Made by a program: the position numbers and the translations under genes. The notes beneath the pieces are model-generated. The model was not told where the DNA came from, did not search any database, and worked only from the letters and a program-made list of their open reading frames with translations. From assembly GCA_964545575.1 (NCBI GenBank), contig CAZJFL010000009.1, positions 19,574-83,573 on the forward strand: a stretch of 64,000 nt of DNA, in the 5' to 3' direction. Of this stretch, positions 26,850 to 34,258 are shown in pieces. Position 1 is the stretch's first letter, and the number at the start of each line of letters is the position of its first letter. The stretch is from an uncultured Planctomycetales bacterium (GTDB lineage Bacteria > Omnitrophota > Gorgyraeia > Gygaellales > Profunditerraquicolaceae).

Positions 26850-28760
26850 TTGAAAAAAAATACTTTAGGCCTCTGGATATTTTCCTGCCTCATTTTTTCC
26901 ATTCTTACCTTTTCTTATCTTAGGGTATTTAATAATTTCGAGTTGGCAACTTACGATTTAAGGTTCAAGATCAGGCCGCCGTTATCGGTGTCTTCCGATA
27001 TAGTCCTTATCGAAATATCCGATGACACTTTAAAAAACTTAGGCAAATGGCCGCTGCCGCGCGATTTTCACGCCAGTTTAATCCGGGTCTTAAGCGAATA
27101 CCAAGCACGGGAAATAGTCTTTGATATCCTCTTTAGCGAGCCCACCCTTTACGACGAAATATTTTCTCAGGCTGTCCGGGATGCCGCAAATGTTTATTTT
27201 CCTTTGGCGTTTTATCTTAACCCCCGGCTGAATAATAAATATCTTTCCGCTTCAAGCGATAAGATCCTCGGCGGTTTATGCCCGAGCCTCCAAACATACG
27301 CCGCAGGCAGTGGCCAGATCAATACCTTCGTAGATAACGACGGGAAAATCAGAAGGATACCCTTATGCATCCGCTATAACAATTCCCTATTCCCCAACTT
27401 AGGCCTTCTGGCCGCCTGCAAATCGTTGGGGCTTAACCCCGGCAAGTTAGAGTTTAAAAAAAGCAAGGTCATCATTGACCGAAGGCTCTCTCTGCCGGTC
27501 GGCCCCAATGCCTCTTTCCTGGTTAATTATCCGGATAAATGGCAGAAGTCGTTTTTACACCTTTCTTATTTTGAGGTGCTTAAGTCATACAGCGATATGA
27601 AAAAGGGCCTCAGGCCAAAAATAGATTTATCCCTGCTTAAAGATAAGGTCTGTTTCGTAGGGCTCACCGCCACCGGAACCTCTGATTTAAGGGCGACGCC
27701 TTTAGAGAATATCTATCCGATGCTGGGCTTACAGGCAAGCGTTTTTAATAGCGTAATTCAGCGCAAGTTTATCACAGATGCTGGCCCCCTTGCCAATACC
27801 GCGATCAATATCTTTATTTTCCTGCTTAGCTTTATCATCTGTATCCGCTTCAGGCCGTTAGTATCTTTTTTACTGAGTTTAACTGCGGCAATACTTTATT
27901 TTTCAGGCGCCACAGCCTTATTTATATCCAGCGGCTTATGGATAGATTTATATTTGCCTCTCTTGATTATTTTTCTCGCCTACGTCGGTTCCCTGCTTTA
28001 CAGGTTTCTGGACGAATTAAGGAAGAGGGAGCTTATAGAGAAAGAACTGGATATTGCCCGCACCATACAGAACAGTTTCTTGCCGCAGGAACTGGAGGAA
28101 TTCGCCGGCATCCGGATTCATGCCTTTATGCAGCCGGCCAAGTTCGTAGCCGGGGATTTATACGATATCGTGGCTATGGATGATAAGCGGCTGGGTGTTC
28201 TTATCGGAGACGTTTCGGGAAAAGGGGTACCGGCTGCGCTGATTATGGCCCAGACCATATCCCTATTTAGGGTTTTTTCCCGGCAATACCCGGATTGTTC
28301 TGAGGTCCTGAAGAGGATAAATAAGGAGCTCTGCGGTAAATTTGCCGGGAGGTTTGTCACCGCGCTGTATATGCTGATAGATACACAGAAGCATAGCGTG
28401 CGGGTTTCCTCGGCAGGGCAGGCGCCGCTATTGCATTTTATCGGGGGCCAGGGAAAGATCCGGGAAGTAGATTTACCTCAGGACCTGCCTTTAGGCATTA
28501 TGGAGGGGGCAGAGTATCTTGAGGCGATATTTAACATAGAAGAACTAGATAAACTCATTGTTTTTACCGACGGGGTGCAGGAGGCGCGTAATAAAGGCGG
28601 AGAAGAGTTCGGGATAGATAAGATCAAAAAGATAATTCTGGATAATCCCCGCCTTAAACCGGATGAATTGGCCGCGGTTATCAGAGAGAGCATCTTACGG
28701 TTTTCCCGCTCCTGCCCGCAGCACGACGATATTACCCTGATTATATTGGGAGGGTCTTAA
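26850..28760 (+). CDS. Membrane sensor with an N-terminal CHASE2 domain and a C-terminal PP2C/SpoIIE-type serine phosphatase (RsbU-like)
   Basis: It has a CHASE2 periplasmic domain (LIEISDDTLKNLGKWPLPRDFHASLI), transmembrane segments, and the PP2C motifs GDLYD, GDVSGKG and FTDGVQEA. Confidence 0.75.
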   Translation: MKKNTLGLWIFSCLIFSILTFSYLRVFNNFELATYDLRFKIRPPLSVSSDIVLIEISDDTLKNLGKWPLPRDFHASLIRVLSEYQAREIVFDILFSEPTLYDEIFSQAVRDAANVYFPLAFYLNPRLNNKYLSASSDKILGGLCPSLQTYAAGSGQINTFVDNDGKIRRIPLCIRYNNSLFPNLGLLAACKSLGLNPGKLEFKKSKVIIDRRLSLPVGPNASFLVNYPDKWQKSFLHLSYFEVLKSYSDMKKGLRPKIDLSLLKDKVCFVGLTATGTSDLRATPLENIYPMLGLQASVFNSVIQRKFITDAGPLANTAINIFIFLLSFIICIRFRPLVSFLLSLTAAILYFSGATALFISSGLWIDLYLPLLIIFLAYVGSLLYRFLDELRKRELIEKELDIARTIQNSFLPQELEEFAGIRIHAFMQPAKFVAGDLYDIVAMDDKRLGVLIGDVSGKGVPAALIMAQTISLFRVFSRQYPDCSEVLKRINKELCGKFAGRFVTALYMLIDTQKHSVRVSSAGQAPLLHFIGGQGKIREVDLPQDLPLGIMEGAEYLEAIFNIEELDKLIVFTDGVQEARNKGGEEFGIDKIKKIILDNPRLKPDELAAVIRESILRFSRSCPQHDDITLIILGGS

Positions 28761-28818
28761 TAAAAGCTATTGCTTAAAATACGGTATTGTGTTAAAATTT
28801 ACTTTATAAGCATAGAAT

Positions 28819-28957
28819 AACACCCGGCCTTATACCCACCCCACCATATCGGAGTGATGGGTACGCCGCCTTCTGCGGCGGGATAGGCCGGTGTGCGCTT
28901 GCTGTCTAACACCCAATCTTATCGGATATATTGGTGTGCGCTTGCTGCGCAAGGAGG
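28819..28957 (+). repeat. Two copies of the same structured unit family. The first unit (28819-28907) carries a nested insertion inside its TATNNGAT loop, and that insertion itself resembles a mini-unit. The second unit (28908-28957) ends in AAGGAGG before the ATG at 28964.
   Basis: Seen in sequence. The outer stem cacccggcc/ggccggtgtg encloses ttata[insert]ggata. Confidence 0.65.
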
Positions 28958-28963
28958 CTAAAG

Positions 28964-29302
28964 ATGGAAAAAAAGGATTTAGGCAAGACTTCGACCGGCA
29001 TGCAGGCTAATGTGGCGGCACTCTTAAGCTATCTCTTGGGGTTCGTCACCGGGATTATTTTCTATCTCATTGAAAAAGATAACAAGTTCGTAAGATTCCA
29101 TGCCATGCAGTCGATTGTGACGTTTGGCGCCCTCTTTATCTTAGGGTTCGTCTTTGCAGTGATACCCGTGATCGGCTGGAGCCTGATGCCGGTTTTGTGG
29201 ATAGTGGAAGTAGTCCTTTGGATACTGCTGATGATCAAGGCTTATCAGGGAGAACTTTTTAAGCTTCCTGTTGCCGGAGATATAGCAGAGAAGAATTCCT
29301 GA
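28964..29302 (+). CDS. Small membrane protein (DUF4870-like, 3 TM)
   Basis: 112 aa with three transmembrane helices. The 28931 start in the ORF track translates the repeat. The AAGGAGG at 28951-28957 supports the 28964 start. Confidence 0.5.
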   Translation: MEKKDLGKTSTGMQANVAALLSYLLGFVTGIIFYLIEKDNKFVRFHAMQSIVTFGALFILGFVFAVIPVIGWSLMPVLWIVEVVLWILLMIKAYQGELFKLPVAGDIAEKNS

Positions 29303-29405
29303 TCATAAAAAGGGGCCTGCCGATAAAAATTATTGACAAAAGATTTTTTTATATTATCATCTATTTAATATAAATAGGGTATAGAAAAGATAGGAGTGGA
29401 AGACA

Positions 29406-29448
29406 AAGACGTCTGGAATTCTTGCAGGACGTCTTTTCTTTTTTAAAG
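29406..29448 (+). terminator. Terminator-like hairpin (aagacgtc, 14-nt loop, gacgtctt) plus a U-run, abutting the ATG at 29449 with no Shine-Dalgarno; possible attenuator
   Basis: Seen in sequence. Confidence 0.4.
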
Positions 29449-30288
29449 ATGAAAATATTGCATAAAGAAATTCTAGGTCAAACGCAGGATACCAGGCTTA
29501 CTAAAATAGAGGTGAGCGCGCCTGATATTGCTGCTTCTGCCTCACCCGGCCAGTTTGCGGTGTTGATGGTCAGTGAAGAAGGGGAAAGAATACCTCTGAC
29601 TATCGTGGATTGCGATAAAAATAAAGGCATAATTACTTTTATCTTTCAGGAGGCAGGCCTGACCACTAAGCTTTTAGGCAAATTAAATCAAGGGGATTCG
29701 CTGTATGCTTTGGCCGGCCCCTTAGGCCATCCTACTGAGATTAAAAATTACGGGCAAGTTATTTTAGTAGGCGGGGGGGTGGGTATTGCCGAATTATACC
29801 CCGTAGCTAAAGCTTTAAAGGGGGCAGGTAATCAGGTAGTGACCATATTGGGGGCGCGGACTAAAGAATTATTGATCCTGGAAAAAGAATTAAAGAGCGT
29901 GTCTAGTGAATTACACATTACTACCGATGACGGCTCTTACGGCAGAAAGGGTTTTACTACTGATGTCTTAAAAGAATTACTAAACAACGAACAACGAACT
30001 ATGAACTATGAACTAGTGTATGCGGTAGGTCCCATTCCGATGATGCGTAAGTGCGCTGCAGCGACCCAAGAATTCAAGGTAAAAACTTTAGTTTCTTTAA
30101 ATGCCCTGATGGTGGATGCCACGGGTATGTGCGGCTGCTGCCGGGTAGAAGTAGGCGGGAAAACCAAATTTAGCTGCGTGGACGGCCCTGAATTCGACGG
30201 CCATTTAGTGGATTGGGACGGTCTGACCAAAAGAAATGCCGTATATCTGGAACAAGAAAAACATATCTGTAACTTGATGCCTAAATGA
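29449..30288 (+). CDS. FAD/NAD(P)-binding oxidoreductase with a C-terminal 2Fe-2S site (NfnA / sulfide dehydrogenase beta / PyrK-like electron-transfer subunit)
   Basis: It has an FNR-like FAD/NAD fold and the C-terminal CGCCRVEVGGKTKFSCVDGPEF cysteine cluster. It is paired with the GltD-family gene that follows. Confidence 0.65.
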   Translation: MKILHKEILGQTQDTRLTKIEVSAPDIAASASPGQFAVLMVSEEGERIPLTIVDCDKNKGIITFIFQEAGLTTKLLGKLNQGDSLYALAGPLGHPTEIKNYGQVILVGGGVGIAELYPVAKALKGAGNQVVTILGARTKELLILEKELKSVSSELHITTDDGSYGRKGFTTDVLKELLNNEQRTMNYELVYAVGPIPMMRKCAAATQEFKVKTLVSLNALMVDATGMCGCCRVEVGGKTKFSCVDGPEFDGHLVDWDGLTKRNAVYLEQEKHICNLMPK

Positions 30289-31703
30289 AAAAAGAACCGC
30301 TGGAAGCAAAAGAAAGAGACGTCTCGCAAAGGGTAAACAGCTTTGACGAGGTAGTCTTTGGTTATAGTGAGGAAGAAGCGTTGAGCGAAGCTAGCCGCTG
30401 CCTGCAGTGCAAAAACCCGGTCTGTATTTTGGGCTGTCCGGTCGGCATAGATATTAAGAAATTTATTTACCAGGTTTCCCAGAAGGATTACAAAGGTGCT
30501 TATTTTACTATCCGCCAAAAGAATGATTTTCCTTCGATCTGCGGCAGAGTTTGTCCGGCAGAGTACCAGTGCCGAAAGACTTGCATATTAACTAAAAAAG
30601 GTTCGCCCTTTGCCGCAAAAGAGGCGATAAATATCCATTTTTTGGAAAGGTTCGTAGGCGATTACGGAATGAGGAATAATCTATCAGTCCCCCCGGGAAA
30701 ATGCGCGGGCGCCGCAAAAATAAAAGTCGCGGTGGTGGGTTCCGGACCTGCCGGGATATGCTGCGCCGGAGAATTAGCGCGTAAAGGGATTAAGGTGGTC
30801 GTTTTTGAAAGTTTACATAAATTAGGCGGGGTTTTACGTTACGGGATTCCCCCTTTCAGGCTGCCGCGGGATATTCTGGATTATGAAATAGATTATTTAA
30901 AGAAGCTGGGGGTAGAATTCGTACCTAACTGTATTATAGGTAAGGCCAAGACCCTAGACGGGCTATTGAAAGAGGGTTTTGCTGCGGTATTCTTGGGTTT
31001 AGGCGCGGGTACGCCTTCATTTCTGGGAATACCGGGAGAAAATCTCTGTAATGTTTATTCTGCCAACGAGTTTTTAACCCGGGTAAACCTGATGTCTGCC
31101 TATGAGTTCCCCAAATTTCATACTCCGGTCAACATTGGAAAACATGCCATTGTGATCGGGGGGGGGAATACGGCTATGGATGCAGCCAGAGTAGCTTTGC
31201 GCCTGCAAAAGATGAACGGACTTGCCCCGGACACCACCATTCTTTACCGGCGTTCGGAAGTAGAGATGCCGGCGAGAAGACTGGAGATAGAGCATGCTAA
31301 AGAAGAGGGGATTAAATTTAAACTTTTGGTTAAACCGGAAGAGTTTTATGCAGACAAAAACGGCTTTGTGCAGAAAATAAGATGTCTGGAGTGCCGGCTT
31401 GGCGAACCGGACAGTTCAGGCAGAAGAAAACCTATTCCTGTGCCGGGGAGTGATTTTAAAATGCCTTGCGATTTAGCGATTATTGCTGTAGGATTACAGG
31501 CAAATCAGATTTTGACTAAAGCCACCCCGGAAATCAAAGTAGATGAATGGGCAGATGTGGTAGTGGATCCGGAAACTATGGAGACTTCAGTAAAAAAAGT
31601 TTTTGCAGGAGGTGATATTGTCGGAGGAGAAGGAACGGTAATTGAGGCTATGGGGATGGCCAAAAAAGCCGCAGAGGCTATATTAAAATCGTGCTCGGCG
31701 TGA
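30285..31703 (+). CDS. GltD-family NAD(P)H-dependent FAD/Fe-S oxidoreductase (NfnB / archaeal-type glutamate synthase small-chain-like)
   Basis: 472 aa with an N-terminal 4Fe-4S cysteine pattern (CLQCKNPVCILGCPV) and two GxGxxG Rossmann motifs (VVGSGPAG, VIGGGNTAMD). Confidence 0.7.
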   Translation: MKKEPLEAKERDVSQRVNSFDEVVFGYSEEEALSEASRCLQCKNPVCILGCPVGIDIKKFIYQVSQKDYKGAYFTIRQKNDFPSICGRVCPAEYQCRKTCILTKKGSPFAAKEAINIHFLERFVGDYGMRNNLSVPPGKCAGAAKIKVAVVGSGPAGICCAGELARKGIKVVVFESLHKLGGVLRYGIPPFRLPRDILDYEIDYLKKLGVEFVPNCIIGKAKTLDGLLKEGFAAVFLGLGAGTPSFLGIPGENLCNVYSANEFLTRVNLMSAYEFPKFHTPVNIGKHAIVIGGGNTAMDAARVALRLQKMNGLAPDTTILYRRSEVEMPARRLEIEHAKEEGIKFKLLVKPEEFYADKNGFVQKIRCLECRLGEPDSSGRRKPIPVPGSDFKMPCDLAIIAVGLQANQILTKATPEIKVDEWADVVVDPETMETSVKKVFAGGDIVGGEGTVIEAMGMAKKAAEAILKSCSA

Positions 31704-31732
31704 GAGCGCAAGAAATAAAACTAAGTTAGTTA

Positions 31733-31826
31733 AGCGCCCGAACATATATGATTGTTCGGCGTGCGCTTACTGCGCTAACGCCCGAACATATCTGATTGTT
31801 CGGCGTGCGCTTACTGCGCAAGGAGG
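31733..31826 (+). repeat. Two tandem copies of the structured unit (31733-31776, 31777-31826). The second ends in AAGGAGG before the gdhA ATG at 31832.
   Basis: They are near-identical to the third unit at 22373-22420 (gcccgaaca, loop, tgttcggc, then gcgcttactgcgc). Confidence 0.7.
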
Positions 31827-31831
31827 ATAGG

Positions 31832-33169
31832 ATGTCAAAAAAGGTGGAAGAGTTTATGAGCAAGGTAGCGGCAAGAAATCCGGGAGAGCCGGAATTTCAT
31901 CAGGCAGTGCGCGAAGTTGTAGAGTCAGTAATGCCTTTTATTGAAGAGAACCCGAAATACCAAAAAGCCAAAATATTAGAAAGAATAGTGGAGCCGGAGC
32001 GCGTATTGATGTTTCGCGTTCCCTGGTTTGACGACAAAGGAGAGATTCAGGTAAACCGCGGCTACCGTATAGAAATGAGTAGCGCCATCGGCCCCTACAA
32101 AGGCGGTTTGCGTTTCCATCCTACCGTGACTTTAAGTATTTTAAAATTTTTGGCTTTTGAGCAGGTGTTTAAGAATAGCCTTACCACCCTGCCCATGGGC
32201 GGCGGCAAGGGCGGTTCGGATTTTGACCCCAAAGGTAAATCCGATAATGAGGTGATGCGTTTCTGCCAGAGTTTTATGACCGAATTGCAAAGGCATATCG
32301 GCCCGGATACGGATGTGCCTGCCGGAGATATCGGCGTAGGCGGACGCGAAATCGGATTTTTGTTCGGACAATATAAGAGGCTGCGTAATGAGTTTAGCGG
32401 CGTGCTTACCGGCAAAGGCCTGAACTGGGGCGGAAGCTTGATCCGTCCGGAAGCCACTGGTTACGGCTGTGTTTATTTTGTCCAGGAGATGCTTAAAACA
32501 AAAGGCGAGTCGTTAAAAGGAAAAGTCTGCGCTGTTTCCGGTTCCGGCAATGTCGCCCAGTACACCGTAGAAAAGCTTCTGGATTTAGGGGCAAAGGTGG
32601 TGACTTTGTCAGACTCCAACGGTTACATTTACGATAAAGGCGGCATTGATAAGAAGGAACTGACTTGCGTGATGGATCTGAAAAATATCAAGCGCGGCCG
32701 GATCAAGGAATGTGCTAAGGAATTCAACTGCGAATATTTCGAGAATAAGAATCCCTGGAGCGTAAAATGTGACATAGCTTTCCCTAGCGCTACGCAAAAC
32801 GAGATAGACGAAAACGATGCTAAGATGCTGGTGAAAAACGGCTGTATTGCGGTAGGGGAAGGCGCGAACATGCCTACTACGCCTGAAGGTGTAGAGGTTT
32901 TTCAAAAAGCAAAGATTCTCTACGCTCCCGGTAAGGCTTCTAACGCTGGAGGCGTGGCTACTTCGGGCTTGGAGATGTCTCAGAATAGCCAGAGGCTTTC
33001 CTGGACGCGCGAAGAGGTAGATAGAAGGCTGCATGACATCATGATCGCCATACATGAGCAGTGCGTCAAATACGGCAAGGAGGGTAATTATATCGATTAT
33101 GTCAAAGGCGCCAACATCGCCGGGTTTGTCAAGGTGGCCGATGCGATGATAGACCAGGGGTTAGTTTAG
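31832..33169 (+). CDS. gdhA: NADP-specific glutamate dehydrogenase
   Basis: It has the GDH hallmark FKNSLTTLPMGGGKGGSDFDPKGKSDNE and a GSGNVAQY Rossmann motif. The 31796 start only translates the repeat. Confidence 0.9.
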   Translation: MSKKVEEFMSKVAARNPGEPEFHQAVREVVESVMPFIEENPKYQKAKILERIVEPERVLMFRVPWFDDKGEIQVNRGYRIEMSSAIGPYKGGLRFHPTVTLSILKFLAFEQVFKNSLTTLPMGGGKGGSDFDPKGKSDNEVMRFCQSFMTELQRHIGPDTDVPAGDIGVGGREIGFLFGQYKRLRNEFSGVLTGKGLNWGGSLIRPEATGYGCVYFVQEMLKTKGESLKGKVCAVSGSGNVAQYTVEKLLDLGAKVVTLSDSNGYIYDKGGIDKKELTCVMDLKNIKRGRIKECAKEFNCEYFENKNPWSVKCDIAFPSATQNEIDENDAKMLVKNGCIAVGEGANMPTTPEGVEVFQKAKILYAPGKASNAGGVATSGLEMSQNSQRLSWTREEVDRRLHDIMIAIHEQCVKYGKEGNYIDYVKGANIAGFVKVADAMIDQGLV

Positions 33170-33182
33170 TCAAAAAATACTC

Positions 33183-33211
33183 TTGACAAATCAGCGATCG
33201 CATGTTATAGT
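33183..33211 (+). promoter_or_regulatory. Sigma70-type promoter: TTGACA, a 17-nt spacer, then TATAGT
   Basis: The -35 box is at 33183-33188 and the -10 box at 33206-33211. Confidence 0.6.
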
Positions 33212-33217
33212 TTAGTA

Positions 33218-33298
33218 GAAATATAAATTAAGGGCACAAGGTTTGTGCTAGAAAGAAAGGACAAGGGTGTTCGTGGAAACGAGCACCCTTTTTATTTT
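33218..33298 (+). ncRNA. Short promoter-proximal transcript or leader of about 80 nt. It has a hairpin gcaca...tgtgc, a second hairpin ggac[AAGGGT]gttc whose 3' arm overlaps the 5' arm of an intrinsic terminator (gggtgttcg-tggaaa-cgagcaccc plus UUUUU), matching the geometry of an ANTAR target.
   Basis: Seen in sequence. The second hairpin and terminator resemble the element at 38672-38706. Confidence 0.5.
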
Positions 33299-33395
33299 AC
33301 CTTTCTTGATTTTCTGCGTCAGAAAAAATAAGGAGTGTTTCCTTAATATTTTAGCAATGTCCGCTAAGTAACAAGGGCATTCCTTTTAAAACGAT

Positions 33396-33440
33396 GGCGT
33401 TTTATGCCGATATTTTACTGCGGCGTAAAACGCCTTTTTT
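33396..33440 (+). terminator. Second terminator-like hairpin (ggcgtttta...taaaacgcc plus UUUUUU) in the leader of the GAF-ANTAR gene
   Basis: Seen in sequence. Confidence 0.45.
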
Positions 33441-33446
33441 GTTTAT

Positions 33447-34187
33447 ATGCGGCATAAACCTATGCAAAACACGCTTTTTGAAGAGCAGGTAAAGGCTTTA
33501 GTTAAGATCAGCAAGGCCATAGCTTCAGACCTCTATCTGGAGGATATTTTGCGCCTGATAGTTACCGTTACCGCGGAGGTGATGGGTTCGAATATTTGTT
33601 CGTTGATGCTGATTGACGAAAAGAAAAAAGAGCTGGTAATCAGGGCTACCCAGAGTGTCAGCGAAGAATATAATCAAAAGATACCTTTAAAGATAGGTGA
33701 AGGCATTGCCGGAAAGGTTGTGGCGCAGAATAAGCCGATTACGGTTAAGGATGTGACCAAAGAGAAAGAATATAAATATCAGGATATTGCCAGGAAAGAA
33801 GGGTTATGTTCGCTTCTTTGCGTACCTCTGGCGGTAAAAGGAAAACCTATAGGAGTATTGAATTGTTATACTTCTAAACCCCATGATTTTAGCGAAACCG
33901 AAATTGAGATATTGATGTCTATAGCCAATCAGGCGGCAGTGGCGATTGAGAATACGGAGTTGCTGGTAAAAAGTAAAATCATCCAGGAAGAGCTGGAGAC
34001 GCGCAAAAGAATAGAGCGCGCCAAGGGAATCATCATGCATGGCGAAGGGTTGACCGAAGAAGAGGCATATTTAAAGATCCGCAAATACAGTATGGATAAC
34101 CGCAAGACTATGCGCGAAGTTGCCGAAGCGATTATCCTGTCTGATGAGATGAAGAAATTAACAGGTAAAGCGGCCCCGCGCTCATAG
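33447..34187 (+). CDS. GAF-ANTAR RNA-binding antiterminator regulator, copy 2 (alternative ATG at 33462)
   Basis: It has a GAF domain and the C-terminal ANTAR motif EELETRKRIERAKGIIMHGEGLTEEEAYLKIRKYSMDNRKTMREVAEAIIL. It is a paralog of the 17230 gene. Confidence 0.75.
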   Translation: MRHKPMQNTLFEEQVKALVKISKAIASDLYLEDILRLIVTVTAEVMGSNICSLMLIDEKKKELVIRATQSVSEEYNQKIPLKIGEGIAGKVVAQNKPITVKDVTKEKEYKYQDIARKEGLCSLLCVPLAVKGKPIGVLNCYTSKPHDFSETEIEILMSIANQAAVAIENTELLVKSKIIQEELETRKRIERAKGIIMHGEGLTEEEAYLKIRKYSMDNRKTMREVAEAIILSDEMKKLTGKAAPRS

Positions 34188-34258
34188 GGCCAAGGTACCT
34201 TAATCCCAATGTCAGGGAAAATTAAGAACATGAGCAAACAGAAAAAGGAGGAAGTGCG

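Noticed and set aside
28801-28957. Glutamine riboswitch (glnA RNA) identity for the repeat units
   Set aside because: The link to nitrogen genes and the tandem arrangement are suggestive, but I cannot reproduce the glnA-motif consensus from memory. The same unit also precedes the STAS/Mla operon, so it is reported as an unclassified structured repeat instead.
32609-33055. 148-aa minus-strand ORF
   Set aside because: It is antisense within gdhA, with no start context.
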